A stretch of DNA of 64,000 nucleotides from Brevibacterium sp. Its GTDB lineage: Bacteria > Actinomycetota > Actinomycetes > Actinomycetales > Brevibacteriaceae. Position 1 is the stretch's first letter; the number at the start of each line of letters is the position of its first letter. Below are positions 1 to 10,782 of this stretch, piece by piece. A model generated the notes under the pieces. It saw nothing but the letters and a program-made list of their open reading frames with translations. It made no database searches and had not been told where the DNA came from. A program made the translations under genes and the position numbers. The stretch spans positions 3,423-67,422 of the forward strand of contig JAPSIC010000002.1 of NCBI GenBank assembly GCA_031179165.1, read 5' to 3'.

Positions 1-151
1 GCGCCGTCCAGAGTCCGGTGAAACCACCGCCGACGATGACGAGATCGGCCTCGAGATCGGCCTCGAGCGGGGGCAGGGGCGCGGGGCGGCGGTCAGTGTC
101 GAGCCAGAACGGCACGGTCGAGGCGTCGGCCAATGCGGCGTGAACGTCCAT
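1..151 (-). CDS. FAD-dependent oxidoreductase (PuuB/DadA-like), N-terminal part; runs off the window edge
   Basis: Hand translation gives MDVHAALADASTVPFWLD...ADLVIVGGGFTGLWTA with a GxGxxG FAD motif; follows potC in the same orientation. Confidence 0.8.
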   Translation of the reverse strand, partial: MDVHAALADASTVPFWLDTDRRPAPLPPLEADLEADLVIVGGGFTGLWTA

Positions 152-194
152 CAGGTCACTTCGCTTTCTGCGGTGTGCGATCGAAGAGCGGGGA

Positions 195-1058
195 TCAGCG
201 GGCCATCGTCTTGATGATCTCCGTCGAACTTCCACCTGTCCTCCGCAGCACGAATGCGACGAAGGCCAGGGCGAGCAGGGTGAGGAGGAACATCAGCGTC
301 GAGATCGCGGCGACCTCAGGACGCAGCGCCACCCGCACCGCAGCGAAGATGTAGACCGGCCACGGGGTGTAGCCGGGCTGCTGGACGAAGCTCGAGAGGA
401 TCGTGTTGTCGAGGCTGACGGTGAAGGACATCAGGGCGCCGGCGAAGATGCCGGGAGCCGCGATCGGCAGGATGATGTCCTTGAACCGGTTCCACGGGGT
501 GGCACCGAGGTCGGCGGCGGCGTCCTCGAGGCGGGTGTCGATTCCGGCCAGGCGGGCCCGGACGATGAACGTGACGATCGCCATCGAGAACATCGCATGG
601 GACACGATCAGGCGGACCAGTCCGTTGTTGAGCGGGGTGACGCCCCAGTCGACTCCGACGGTGACGAACCACGGCAGGAACGAGATGCCGTCGACGATCT
701 CGGGCGTGACCAGCGTCAGACCGAGCAGGACGGTGAGGCCGAGCGCCCACCAGGCTCCCTTCCGGGCCCGCGCCAGGGCGACTCCGCCGAGGGTGCCGAA
801 GATCGTCGCCACGACTGCCGTGCCCACGGCCGCCTGGAGGCTGGTGACCACCGAGGAGATGATGACATCATTGTTGATCCCGCTGATGTAGGCATCCAGT
901 CCGAAGTCCTGGAAGTTCGCGAGCACCTTCCCGTTGTTGAAGGAGTAGGCGATGATCACCGCGATGGGCAGGAACAGGTAGATGAAGACGATGATGCCCC
1001 AGACGTGAAGTCCGATGTCCGTGGGCGTGCGCCGTGCGAATGTGTTCTTCTTGGCCAT
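195..1058 (-). CDS. potC: Polyamine ABC transporter permease (PotC-like)
   Basis: Hydrophobic; EAA loop LEDAAADLGA; FTVSLD motif; start taken at ATG 1058 after GGAGG. Confidence 0.85.
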   Translation of the reverse strand: MAKKNTFARRTPTDIGLHVWGIIVFIYLFLPIAVIIAYSFNNGKVLANFQDFGLDAYISGINNDVIISSVVTSLQAAVGTAVVATIFGTLGGVALARARKGAWWALGLTVLLGLTLVTPEIVDGISFLPWFVTVGVDWGVTPLNNGLVRLIVSHAMFSMAIVTFIVRARLAGIDTRLEDAAADLGATPWNRFKDIILPIAAPGIFAGALMSFTVSLDNTILSSFVQQPGYTPWPVYIFAAVRVALRPEVAAISTLMFLLTLLALAFVAFVLRRTGGSSTEIIKTMAR

Positions 1059-1059
1059 C

Positions 1060-2055
1060 TCAGACCCTCCCGTCGGTGAGCTGAACACTGTTGAGCCGAC
1101 CCGCGATCCTCTGCCCGAGCCAGAGGAGGGCGAAGCCGATCCCGACGACCGCGAGGGTCGCGAGGATGAGGATCATCGCCATGGCCGCCCCCAGCGCCCA
1201 GTTCTGGGCCGTGTTGAATTGGTTGGCGATGAGCTGCCCGATCATGGATCCGCTGGCGCCGCCGAGCACGGTGGCCGTGACGTAGTCGCCATTGAGGGGG
1301 ATGAAGACGAGCAGGCAGCCGGAGACGACGCCGGGCAGGGCCATCGGCAGCGTCACCTTGAGGAACGTCGTCACCTTCCCGGCGCCGAGGTCATAGCTGG
1401 CTTCGCGCAGCTTGTGACCGGAGGCGTCGATGGCGACGAAGAGCGGCAGGATCATCAGCGGCAGGTAGTTGTAGACGACGCCGATCTGGACGGCGGTGCG
1501 GGTGTAGAGGATGTCGAGGGGCGCGTCGAGCAGCCCCAGTCCCTGCATCCAGTTCGACAGGAAGCCGTCGGGGGAGAGCATGATCTGCCATCCCAGGGTG
1601 CGGACGAGGAAGTTGGTCCAGAACGGGACCATGACGAGGGCCAGCGCCAGGGAGCGCCGGGCCGGGGACACCTTGATCGCCAGCCAGTAGGCGAAGGGCA
1701 GGGCGATGAGCAGGCAAAGGATCGTGCCGAGCACCGAGATCCGCAGGGTCGCGAAGAACGTCGAGACGAACGCGCCCGACATCGCCTCCGGGTAGCGCTC
1801 CAGGGTCAGCTGGTCGGTGGCGACGGCGGTGAACTCGTCGGGCTTGTATCCGAAGCTGTAGAACACGACGAGGGCGACCGGGGCGATGAAGAAGAACAGG
1901 ATGTAGGCCCAGGTCGGGAACGACATCGCCGCCGGGCCGAAGACGCGGGTGGCGAAGCGATCCGACCTGCTGCCGCGGTCCGCCTTGCTGCCGCGCTCCG
2001 CGGAGGCGTTCCCGGTGGTCGCCGGGCTGTCGCCGGGGGTGGTCTGAGTTCTCAT
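1060..2055 (-). CDS. potB: Polyamine ABC transporter permease (PotB-like)
   Basis: PFWTNFLVRT, YNYLPLMILPL and LREASYDLGA motifs; start overlaps the potD stop. Confidence 0.85.
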   Translation of the reverse strand: MRTQTTPGDSPATTGNASAERGSKADRGSRSDRFATRVFGPAAMSFPTWAYILFFFIAPVALVVFYSFGYKPDEFTAVATDQLTLERYPEAMSGAFVSTFFATLRISVLGTILCLLIALPFAYWLAIKVSPARRSLALALVMVPFWTNFLVRTLGWQIMLSPDGFLSNWMQGLGLLDAPLDILYTRTAVQIGVVYNYLPLMILPLFVAIDASGHKLREASYDLGAGKVTTFLKVTLPMALPGVVSGCLLVFIPLNGDYVTATVLGGASGSMIGQLIANQFNTAQNWALGAAMAMILILATLAVVGIGFALLWLGQRIAGRLNSVQLTDGRV

Positions 2056-3221
2056 GCTCCGCTCCTCGCTTGCGCATCGGCAAAGATGTCCGTCCGGATC
2101 TGGTCGGCCGGAGTCTTCTTGCTGGCCTCGAGCCGATCGAGGACCTCCTGGGTGGGGAAGATGAGCTCGGGCAGGCTGAGGTCGGCCTGCTGGGCCTGTT
2201 CCTGAAGTCCCTTGATCCCGATCGGGTACCCGATGTAGTCGAGCTGTTCGATCGCGGTGTCCGGCGAGATCATGTGGTTGATGAAGGCGTGGGCGGCGTC
2301 CGGGTGCGGAGCGCCGGTGGCGATCGTCCAGTTGTCCATCCACAGGTTCGCCGTCGGGGTCGGGAACACGAACTTCCAGTTCTCGGGGTCAGCGACCTCG
2401 GACATTCCCTGCCGGGCGTCGCCGTTGAAGGCCTGCAGCAGGGTGAAGCTGCCCTGGATCATGCCCGTGGCGACATTGCCGATGTAGGCCTTGGTGTTCG
2501 GGGCGACCTGCTCGAGGATGATCGACCTGGCCTCCTCGAGCTCCTCTTCGTCCTCGGTGTTGAGGCTGTACCCGAGGGAGGCCAGGGCGATCGCGGAGAC
2601 CTCCCACGGATCCTCGAGCAGGGAGGTGGTGCCGGCGGCCTCGTCCTGAGCGGCGTCGATGAAGTCCTGCCAGCTGGTCATCTCCCGTGAGATCTTCGTC
2701 GTGTTGTAGACGTAGCCCGTCGTTCCCCACGCCTTGCAGATCGAGTACCTGTTCTCCGGATCGAAGTACTGGTGCGTGAAGTTCGGGTCCATGTGGGTGA
2801 AGTTGGGGATGAGCTCGAGGTCGAGCTCCTGCAGCAGTTTGTGCTCGAGCATCTGCGGGATGTTCGAGCCGGTTGGCACCACGACGTCGTAGCCGGAGGT
2901 GCCACGGGAGGTCGCGAGCTTGGCGATGAGCTCCTCGTTCGAACCGTAGGCGTCGACCTGGACGAGGACGTCGTTCTGGTTCCGGAACGCGTCGATGAGC
3001 TCCGGGTTGTCGTAGTCGCCCCAGGTGTAGAGGTTGAGCTTCGATTCGAGTTCACCGTCGACGGCGGGGGATGCGGCCATCTTCGTGGTCCGGCCGCATG
3101 CACTCAGGGCGCCGAGGCCGACCACCCCGAAGCCGGCGAGCACGGCTCGTCGGCTCAGCCGGGCGGCCGCGGTGCGCGGGGCCAGGAATCGGACGTCGGG
3201 TCTGCGCTCCATCTCAGGCAC
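2052..3221 (-). CDS. potD: Spermidine/putrescine-binding lipoprotein with Tat-type signal
   Basis: SRRAVL twin-arginine motif, LSAC lipobox, [19 protein letters not shown]. Confidence 0.85.
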   Translation of the reverse strand: MPEMERRPDVRFLAPRTAAARLSRRAVLAGFGVVGLGALSACGRTTKMAASPAVDGELESKLNLYTWGDYDNPELIDAFRNQNDVLVQVDAYGSNEELIAKLATSRGTSGYDVVVPTGSNIPQMLEHKLLQELDLELIPNFTHMDPNFTHQYFDPENRYSICKAWGTTGYVYNTTKISREMTSWQDFIDAAQDEAAGTTSLLEDPWEVSAIALASLGYSLNTEDEEELEEARSIILEQVAPNTKAYIGNVATGMIQGSFTLLQAFNGDARQGMSEVADPENWKFVFPTPTANLWMDNWTIATGAPHPDAAHAFINHMISPDTAIEQLDYIGYPIGIKGLQEQAQQADLSLPELIFPTQEVLDRLEASKKTPADQIRTDIFADAQARSGA

Positions 3222-4377
3222 CGTCCTCGGTGGTGTAGACCGTGACGGCGTCAGCGTCCCAGCTCAGGTCCACCTCGGTGTCGGGCTTGAGGATCTCCGC
3301 CCCGGCCGCGGGCACCCGGGCGAGGATCTCATCGTTGGAGCCAACCTGGACCATGTACTGGACGACATCGCCGAGGAAGGACACCGACAGGATCCGCCCG
3401 CGAGCGGTGTTGACCTCCGTGGCGCCTGCTCCGACCTGGGTCACGCGCATGCGTTCGGGGCGGATGGCGACCCGGACCTTGTCCCCGACGGTCAGCGCCT
3501 TCCGGTCACCGGACGCCGAGGCGGGTCCGGCGGTCAGGGACCGCGATTCCATCACCGTGTTCGCCGTGCGTAGTCGAGCGCCCGCGGAGTCGGCGGCGGT
3601 CACCTCGGCGGGGACGAAGTTCTGCTTGCCGATGAAGCCGGCGACGAAGCCGTTGACGGGGTTGGCGTAGATCTCCTCGCCGGAGCCGATCTGCTGGATC
3701 ACCCCGTCGTACATGACCACGATCCGGTCGCTCATCGCCAGGGCCTCCTCCTGGTCGTGGGTGACGAAGATGAACGTGGTGCCGAGCTTGGTGTGGAGGC
3801 GCTTGAGCTCGAGCTGCATCTCCTCGCGCAGCTTCCGGTCGAGTGCGGACATCGGCTCGTCGAGGAGGAGCACCTCGGGACGGTTGACCAGTGCCCGGGC
3901 GAGGGCGATGCGCTGCTGCTGACCGCCGGAGAGCTGTTCGGGCTTGCGGTCGGCGAAGTCCTCCATCCGGACGAGCGCGAGGACCTCACGGACGCGGTCG
4001 CGGATCTCGGACTTGCGCGTCTTCGCTTGCTTGAGACCGTAGGCGATGTTGTCGGCGATGTTCATGTGCGGAAACAGCAGGTACGACTGGAACACCGTGT
4101 TGACCGGGCGGCGGTGCGGCGGCAGGCTGACGATGTCCCGGCCGGAGAGCAGGATCCGGCCGGCGGTCGGCGCTTCGAATCCGGCGATCATCCGCAGCAG
4201 GGTCGTCTTCCCGCATCCGGAAGGGCCGAGCAGGGACAGGAACTCGCCCTGGCGCACGGACAGGTCGAGCTTCTCGATGGCGGTGGTGGCACCGAAGTCC
4301 TTCTTGACGCCTTGGATCTCGAGATGCTCGAGGGTGTCGGCGGCCGGGGCGTCGGCGTCCTGGATGACAGTGGTCAT
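3214..4377 (-). CDS. potA: Polyamine ABC transporter ATP-binding protein
   Basis: [27 protein letters not shown]-terminal TOBE-like region. Confidence 0.9.
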   Translation of the reverse strand: MTTVIQDADAPAADTLEHLEIQGVKKDFGATTAIEKLDLSVRQGEFLSLLGPSGCGKTTLLRMIAGFEAPTAGRILLSGRDIVSLPPHRRPVNTVFQSYLLFPHMNIADNIAYGLKQAKTRKSEIRDRVREVLALVRMEDFADRKPEQLSGGQQQRIALARALVNRPEVLLLDEPMSALDRKLREEMQLELKRLHTKLGTTFIFVTHDQEEALAMSDRIVVMYDGVIQQIGSGEEIYANPVNGFVAGFIGKQNFVPAEVTAADSAGARLRTANTVMESRSLTAGPASASGDRKALTVGDKVRVAIRPERMRVTQVGAGATEVNTARGRILSVSFLGDVVQYMVQVGSNDEILARVPAAGAEILKPDTEVDLSWDADAVTVYTTEDGA

Positions 4378-4386
4378 GATTGCCTT

Positions 4387-6207
4387 TCAGCGAACTGGAG
4401 CGGTGATGGCTGGGACAAGCGGGGTGGGGGTGATCGGCGCCGAACTGGTGGGGGTGGAGCCGGTCGGGGTCGAGCCGGTCGGGGTGGAGCCGGTCGGGGT
4501 GGAGCCGGTCGGGTCGGAGCCGATCGGGGTCGAGCCGACCGGGGCGGGCTCGGTCGGGGCGGACTCGGTCGTGGCGTCGTGGACTATGCGCCCGGCGGCG
4601 ATCGTCAGCTCGGTGCGGATGTCGAGCAGATCCTCCTGTGGGATCTCGAACGGATTCGCGCTCGCCAGGGCCAGGTTCGCGACGAGGCCTTCGCGGAGGT
4701 GGCCGTTGGTCCTGGCCCGCAGCAGACGAGCCGAGCCCGCGGTGTAGGCGCGCAGTGCCGTGAGCACGTCGATGGCCTGCTCGGGCACGAGCGGGGCGGC
4801 GTCACCGTCATGCGGATGGGAGCGGTTGACCGCGACATGGATGGCCTCCCAGGGATTCGCGGTCGACACCGGCCAGTCCGAGCCCATCGCCAGTGGGGTC
4901 CCTGACTCGTGGAAGCTTCTGAACGGGTACTGCCAGGCACTGCGCTCCTCGCCGAGGCAGTGCAGGTTGAGGTCGATCATCTGCTGGTCCCGGCATGCCC
5001 ACAGGGCCTGGAGGTTCGCGGTGAGGCCCAGCTGCGCGAAGCGGGGAATGTCGGCGGGGTCGACGACCTGGACGTGGGCGATGTGGTGCCGGGCGTCGGG
5101 GCGAATCGTGCCCGTCGCTGCGAACGCGTCGAGGGCGGCCGTGACCGCGGCGTCCCCGATCGCGTGGCAGTGGATGTCGAATCCGGCGGCGTCGAGTGCC
5201 GCGAAGGCCCGGTGCAGGTGCTCGCGGGTGAAGTAGCTGGTCCCGAAGCCGCCGCACGCGCAGCTGTACTCGGCGCTCATCGCCGCGGTGCGGGATTCGA
5301 CGATCCCGTCGAGCATGAACTTCACGGAGTCGGTCCGGAACGCTCCGGGAGTGCTTCCGTCCGGGCTCGGGGCCGATTCGCTGCGGCGCAGGTCGACGAG
5401 CGCGGCGACCTGGGCGTCGATGTCCTCGACTCCACGCGGCCACCACAGGCTGCCGACCACCTCGGCGCGCAGCTGCCCGGTCGCCTCCGCGGTGACGTAG
5501 GCGCCGTAGGGGCTGCGATGGCCGGAGTAGTCGCCGACGATCGCATCCATCCACGCGGTGACGCCGAGCCGGTGGAGGTAGGACTGTCCGGCGAGCAGCC
5601 CGGCGAGGATGTCCTCATCACTCGCGGCGGGGACGTGGCCGCCCACGATGTCCATCGCGGACTCGTGCAGGCAGCCGGTCGGGGTCCCGTCCGCGTCCTT
5701 CTCGATGACGCCGCCCTCCGGAGTCGGGGTGGCGGCGTCGAGTCCGGCGATCTCCATCGCCTTCGAGTTCACCCAGGCGGAGTGGTGGTCGCGGCTGACG
5801 AGCATGATCGGGCGGGTGACGCTCAGCCGGTCGAGGAGCTCGGCGCGCGGGGCACCGCCCGGGAAGTCGGCCATCGACCAGCCGCCGCCGGTGACCCAGC
5901 TCTCGCCGCTGCTGTCTCCTGCGGTGGCCTCGAGCCAGGCGTCGATGGCGGCGAGCGTCTCGTCGATGCCGTCGACCCCGCTGAGGTCGCAGGCCAGGGA
6001 TTCCTGACCACCGAAGGTGGTGTGCACGTGGGCGTCGACGAATCCCGGGGTGACCAGCCTGCCGGTGGCGACGATGGTGTTCGACGCCGGTTCGGCGGCG
6101 TCGCCGGTGCCGATCTCGGTGATGATGCCGTCACGGATGCTGATCCGGTTCGCCGGCAGGACTGTGTCGCCGTCGAAGATGGTGACGTCGAGGATATCGA
6201 GGTCCAA
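4387..6207 (-). CDS. Metal-dependent amidohydrolase (Amidohydro_3/YtcJ-like) with a C-terminal (PTGST)n tail
   Basis: PGFVDAHVH, HSAWVNSKA, KFMLDG, HAIGDAA, GSDWPV; TTG start after AGGAGG. Confidence 0.85.
   Translation of the reverse strand: MDLDILDVTIFDGDTVLPANRISIRDGIITEIGTGDAAEPASNTIVATGRLVTPGFVDAHVHTTFGGQESLACDLSGVDGIDETLAAIDAWLEATAGDSSGESWVTGGGWSMADFPGGAPRAELLDRLSVTRPIMLVSRDHHSAWVNSKAMEIAGLDAATPTPEGGVIEKDADGTPTGCLHESAMDIVGGHVPAASDEDILAGLLAGQSYLHRLGVTAWMDAIVGDYSGHRSPYGAYVTAEATGQLRAEVVGSLWWPRGVEDIDAQVAALVDLRRSESAPSPDGSTPGAFRTDSVKFMLDGIVESRTAAMSAEYSCACGGFGTSYFTREHLHRAFAALDAAGFDIHCHAIGDAAVTAALDAFAATGTIRPDARHHIAHVQVVDPADIPRFAQLGLTANLQALWACRDQQMIDLNLHCLGEERSAWQYPFRSFHESGTPLAMGSDWPVSTANPWEAIHVAVNRSHPHDGDAAPLVPEQAIDVLTALRAYTAGSARLLRARTNGHLREGLVANLALASANPFEIPQEDLLDIRTELTIAAGRIVHDATTESAPTEPAPVGSTPIGSDPTGSTPTGSTPTGSTPTGSTPTSSAPITPTPLVPAITAPVR
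4440..4565 (-). repeat. In-frame 15-bp tandem repeat encoding PTGST
   Basis: ggggtggagccggtc-like units repeated about 7 times. Confidence 0.85.
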
Positions 6208-6284
6208 GAGAATCCTCCTGACTTCCTTGTCGAAGGGGGTGCTCGGGAGCTGGGTCCGCTGCACAGGTGAGCGGGAGCCGGGTC

Positions 6285-6322
6285 CGGTGGTCCGCTGCGC
6301 AGGTGAGCGCGGCGGACCACCG
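6285..6322. other. Intra-operon stem-loop (16-bp stem, one mismatch), part of a 36-bp direct duplication
   Basis: cggtggtccgctgcgc-aggtga-gcgcggcggaccaccg. Confidence 0.65.
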
Positions 6323-6337
6323 ATGTTGAATTGTGGT

Positions 6338-7834
6338 TCAGGACGTGAAGATGGTGTCCTGCCACTCGTGGTGCGGGTCCTCGTGGTGGTCGATGAAGAC
6401 ATGCTTGACCTGCGTGTACTCCTCGAAGGAGTACTGGCTCATGTCCTTGCCGAAGCCCGAGGCCTTGTAGCCGCCGTGGGGCATGTCGGACACGATCGGG
6501 ATGTGCTCGTTGATCCACACGCAGCCGGCTTCGATGTCGGCCGCGGCCCGCATCGCCCTGTTCGTCGTGCGCGTCCAGGCGCTCGCCGCCAGCCCGTAGG
6601 GGGTGTCATTGGCCAGGGCGATCGCCTCGTCGTCGGTGTCGAAGGCGATCGCGACGAGGACGGGCCCGAAGATCTCATCCCGCCACACCTCGGCGGTGGT
6701 GTCGATCCCGCTGATCAGGGTGGGCGCGTAGTAGGCCGTCGACTCGGAGTCACCGGGCAGAGCCTCGCCGAGGTGGTTCGTCGTCGGGATCTCGCCACCG
6801 CAGTGGATCGTGGCGCCGGCCTCACGGGCGCGGTCGACCATGGCGGCCACCCGGGCCCGGTGGGTCAGCGAGATGAGCGAGCCCATGTCGGTGGCGGGGT
6901 CGGCCGGGTTGCCGATGCGCACCGATTCCATGAGCTCGGTGACCCGGGCGGTGAAGGCCTCGAAGTGGTCGCGGGCGACGATCGCGCGGGTGGCGGCGGT
7001 GCAGTCCTGACCGGTGTTGATCAGCGACCCGGCCACCGCACCGCGGGCGGCGGCTTCGATGTCGGCGTCGTCGAAGACGACGAACGGGGCCTTGCCGCCG
7101 AGCTCGAGGTGCACCCGCGAGCCCTTGGCCGCGGCCAGTTCCATGATCCGCCGGCCGACCTTGGTCGACCCCGTGAACGAGGACATGACGACGTCGGGAT
7201 GGGTGATCAGCGTTTCGCCTGCTTCGGGTCCATCGCCGGCGATGACGTTGATGACACCGGGGGCGAAGCCCGCGGCGGTCGCGGCCTCGGCCAGGATCAG
7301 CGAGGTGCCGGGGGTCATCTCCGATGTCTTGAGGACGATGGTGTTGCCGGCGGCCACGGCGGGGAAGATCTTCCACGCGGCCATCTGCAGCGGATAGTTC
7401 CACGGGGCGATTGATCCGACGACGCCGAGTGGCTCGCGGCGGGTCATCGACGTCGACTGCTCCCAATAGGTGCCGGCGGACAGGCCGGTCAGCTGTCGGG
7501 CGGCGCCGGCGAAGAACTTGGCATTGTCGATGGTGCCCGGCACGTCGAATTCGGTGGCCAGGCGGATGGACTTGCCGGTCTGCTGGGATTCGAGCTCGGC
7601 GATCTCCTCCGAACGGGCCTCGAGCTGAGCCGCCAGACCGAGCAGGAGCTCGGCCCGCTCGCCCGGGGTCAAAGCCTTGAAAGCGGGGTATGCGGCCTTC
7701 GCGGCGGCCACCGCCTCATTGACGTCCGCACCGCTGGCCAGCCGGTATTCGCCCGTGGTCTCTCCCGTGGCGGGGTTGATCAGGGTGTGGCTCTTGCCGC
7801 TGCCTTCGTGAAAGGCGCCGTTCCAATAATGCAT
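6338..7834 (-). CDS. Gamma-aminobutyraldehyde dehydrogenase (PatD-like ALDH)
   Basis: PWNYPL, FTGST, ELGGKAP, GQDCTAA, EIFGPV; first gene of the polyamine operon. Confidence 0.85.
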   Translation of the reverse strand: MHYWNGAFHEGSGKSHTLINPATGETTGEYRLASGADVNEAVAAAKAAYPAFKALTPGERAELLLGLAAQLEARSEEIAELESQQTGKSIRLATEFDVPGTIDNAKFFAGAARQLTGLSAGTYWEQSTSMTRREPLGVVGSIAPWNYPLQMAAWKIFPAVAAGNTIVLKTSEMTPGTSLILAEAATAAGFAPGVINVIAGDGPEAGETLITHPDVVMSSFTGSTKVGRRIMELAAAKGSRVHLELGGKAPFVVFDDADIEAAARGAVAGSLINTGQDCTAATRAIVARDHFEAFTARVTELMESVRIGNPADPATDMGSLISLTHRARVAAMVDRAREAGATIHCGGEIPTTNHLGEALPGDSESTAYYAPTLISGIDTTAEVWRDEIFGPVLVAIAFDTDDEAIALANDTPYGLAASAWTRTTNRAMRAAADIEAGCVWINEHIPIVSDMPHGGYKASGFGKDMSQYSFEEYTQVKHVFIDHHEDPHHEWQDTIFTS

Positions 7835-8326
7835 GTGATCACTTTCAGCCGGGTGCACGCCAGTGTGGTGGGGCCAAAGACCCCGTATCGAAGGGTCCAG
7901 TCCCTGTATGGTCATACAATAACCGAAAGGTGTGGCGTATGCCACTGAAATAGTCGCCGACAGCCGAAGGTGATGACTGGAAAGAGGCGCTCCGGGTTTG
8001 CTGCCTGCGGAATCAATGTCATTGGTTGCGGAATTCGTTTCTCTGGGGTTCGGGTCGAGTGCTGCAGTCCACGGGTGGAGGCATTGTGCGCAATTCCTGC
8101 GTCCGTGGCGTGAGCTAGCCTGATCTCATCGACAACAGAACGAGAACTGGAGACGGTGGGTGAAGGCAGAAGATCGTGAAGATGATCCCCTATGATCAAG
8201 TCGAGAGAACAGGCCTCGAATGATCATAACAACGAATTATTTTCGATAAATATCTAGACTGATTCGTTTCGCAGAAGCTATCATTGACTTAAGGCAACAC
8301 GGACGTTGGCGAACGGAACCGAGACC

Positions 8327-10381
8327 ATGACTCTCACCCCCGACCGGAAGAAGCAGAGCAAGAGCTGCACCAGCGCAGCTCCAGGCTCCGATCCGGCCGG
8401 TGCTCAAGGTGAGCAGTGTTCTCCTGCCGGGTCCTCCTCCGTCGAGCCCGGGTCCTCCGCCGTTCAAGACGGGTCCTCCGGGGTCCAGCCTGAGCGTGCT
8501 CCTCGGTCCTTGCGCGACCAACTCGAGACGGCCGGACTCGACCTGTCAGAACATCCCCTCGCCGAACGCTTCGACGCGATCCCGGCCGTCCCGGCCGACG
8601 ATGTCGCGCATGCGACGGAACCGGAGGCTCTCCCTGAACCCGAAGGTCAGGTTGCCGACTTTCCGGCCACAACTGTCCCGGAACTACGGTCTGAGGCCGG
8701 TCCTGATTCCGCGGCGACGCATCCCCTTCTCACGGACGAGGCGTGGAGGGATCTGGCCCGGACCGCTCCGGAACTGACGTCGAGCATCGAAAACCTCGAA
8801 CACCTCCAGAGCGAACTCCGGTCCTTCGATCGCCCGATGGGACCCGAGGAAGCGCTGCTGGTCATCGATGGAGTCGAAACCGCCTCCCGCGTCCTCGAGG
8901 GAGTGTCCGCACTGGCACTGTCGGTGTTCGAACGGTGTGGAACGCCGACCGACCTCGGAGCGAAGACCACGAAGGCGCTCGTGCAGAATCGTCTCCAACT
9001 CACCGGTGCCGAAGCCGCCCGCCGGACCGAGCTGGCCAAGAACGTGGGCTCGAGGGTGTCGATGTCGGGGCAGTCGGTGGAACCCCTGTGCCCTGTCGTG
9101 GCTGAAGGTCTGCACGCGGGTGTGCTCTCTGCCGGGCAGGCGGCAGTCATCGGGGAATGTCTGCAGAAGCTTCCGACCTGGGTCGGCCCCCAGGTGCGGA
9201 CCGAGACCGAACGGACTTTGGTCGATCATGCCCCGCAGGTGCGGGTGTCGGATCTTCGGGTGATCTTCACCCGCCTGCTGAGTGAGATCGACCCGGACGG
9301 TCAGGAGCCGAAAGACGTCCAGGATCGGTCGCACTATCGGGTGAATCTGCGTGTCCGCCGGGACGGGGACTGGGACCTGGCAGGATTGCTGGATCCGATC
9401 GCCGGGGGAGTGCTGCATGGTCTGCTGACCTCACGGATCCAGGTTGCTGCCCAGAGCAAATCTGATGGCTCAAGTGATGCGGATGGCAGTGATTGCGCAG
9501 CCGGCGATGGCGACTCGGCCAGTGGTGGCGACTGTGCAGCCGGTGAGGGCACTGGCGCCGAGGGTAGGGGAGCGTCCGGGCAGGAGATGTTCGAGATCTT
9601 CGATGCTGTCCTCAGCGGTGACCGGTATGACGCACCCCTGCTGCCGACCGGATCCTCCGACGCGGCCGGTGATCGTGCCGCCGGGCAGGCCGATGCCGCC
9701 GGGCAGTCCGCTTCCGCCGCTGTCGATGGCTCGGCTGGTATTCCGGGTGGGGTGGGGGTGCGGGCGGATGGATCCCTGGTCGATGTGCGCGCCGAGCAGG
9801 GCTCGGTGAAGAACCGGATCTATGAACGGTTCGCGACTCTGGTCTCGCGTATTGAGATGTCCCGGGTGGCTGCTGGTGCCCCGTACGCGTTGGTTGTCAC
9901 GGCGAACGCCGAGGATCTCGCGGGTGAGAAGGGCACCGGCGTGACCGGGGTCGAGGCTCCGGTCCCGATCGCGGAACTGGCTGCTGGTGGTCTCAACGGG
10001 GCGGTGTTCTTCCACCTGATGAGTAGGCAGGCGAAGACAGTGCAGGTGGCCACGGAGAAACGGTTCGCCAATGCCAGGCAGATCGCGATCCTCACCGCCC
10101 GTGATCAGGGATGCACGTTCCCGGGGTGTGAGACGCCTCCGGGGTGGTGCGATGTGCATCATATTGTCCCATGGGCGGAGAAGGGCCGGACCGAGATCAA
10201 CAATCTGACGTTGGCGTGTGGTCGCCATCATCACCTGATAGATCGGTCGGACTGGTACGCGGTGATGCTCAAGGATGGTCGTCCCGCGTGGGTGCCCCCG
10301 GCGACGGTTGATCCGGCCAGGGAGCCGGTCCTGCACGCCCGATTCATCGCCAGAGAGATCATCGAGACCCTGTTCGATTGA
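8327..10381 (+). CDS. DUF222 + HNH endonuclease domain protein (13E12-repeat family)
   Basis: C-terminal RDQGCTFPGC...CDVHHIVPW..G.TEINNLTLACGRHH; DUF222-like middle region. Confidence 0.85.
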   Translation: MTLTPDRKKQSKSCTSAAPGSDPAGAQGEQCSPAGSSSVEPGSSAVQDGSSGVQPERAPRSLRDQLETAGLDLSEHPLAERFDAIPAVPADDVAHATEPEALPEPEGQVADFPATTVPELRSEAGPDSAATHPLLTDEAWRDLARTAPELTSSIENLEHLQSELRSFDRPMGPEEALLVIDGVETASRVLEGVSALALSVFERCGTPTDLGAKTTKALVQNRLQLTGAEAARRTELAKNVGSRVSMSGQSVEPLCPVVAEGLHAGVLSAGQAAVIGECLQKLPTWVGPQVRTETERTLVDHAPQVRVSDLRVIFTRLLSEIDPDGQEPKDVQDRSHYRVNLRVRRDGDWDLAGLLDPIAGGVLHGLLTSRIQVAAQSKSDGSSDADGSDCAAGDGDSASGGDCAAGEGTGAEGRGASGQEMFEIFDAVLSGDRYDAPLLPTGSSDAAGDRAAGQADAAGQSASAAVDGSAGIPGGVGVRADGSLVDVRAEQGSVKNRIYERFATLVSRIEMSRVAAGAPYALVVTANAEDLAGEKGTGVTGVEAPVPIAELAAGGLNGAVFFHLMSRQAKTVQVATEKRFANARQIAILTARDQGCTFPGCETPPGWCDVHHIVPWAEKGRTEINNLTLACGRHHHLIDRSDWYAVMLKDGRPAWVPPATVDPAREPVLHARFIAREIIETLFD

Positions 10382-10552
10382 CGAGGAAACCCGCGGGCAG
10401 GGGACAACTGCGCCCACAACTCGACCTCCTGTCGACCCCAGGGGCGCGCTCGGCCGAGTGACTTCCGAGGAGTCTTCGGGCGACCAGCTTCGGCTCGGTG
10501 GCAACGCCCCCGCTGGGTCAGGGTCGACTGATCAACGTTCGAAGCTCGACGA

Positions 10553-10646
10553 ACCAGCGCTCAACCAGAGCTCAACCCGAACCAGAGCCCAACCAGAGCT
10601 CGACCAGAGCTCGACCAGAGCCGAACCAGAGCCTAGCCAGGGTCAA
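10553..10646 (+). repeat. 11-bp tandem repeat (ACCAGAGCYCR), about 8 copies
   Basis: Units at 10553, 10564, 10581, 10592, 10603, 10614, 10625, 10636. Confidence 0.9.
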
Positions 10647-10782
10647 GGCCGGTCGGAGTCGAACCTGCTCAACCTGTGCCGAAGCAGAGTCGAGGCCGGC
10701 CGAAGTCGATGTCCACTATGGGATCGGCTCCGACCGGCCTCGGTGGGGATGGTTCGGTTTCGAGGGGTTCTTGGGGGTGCGG

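Noticed and set aside
8200-8260. Possible LexA/SOS box upstream of the DUF222-HNH gene
   Set aside because: The best matches deviate too far from TCGAAC-N4-GTTCGA to support
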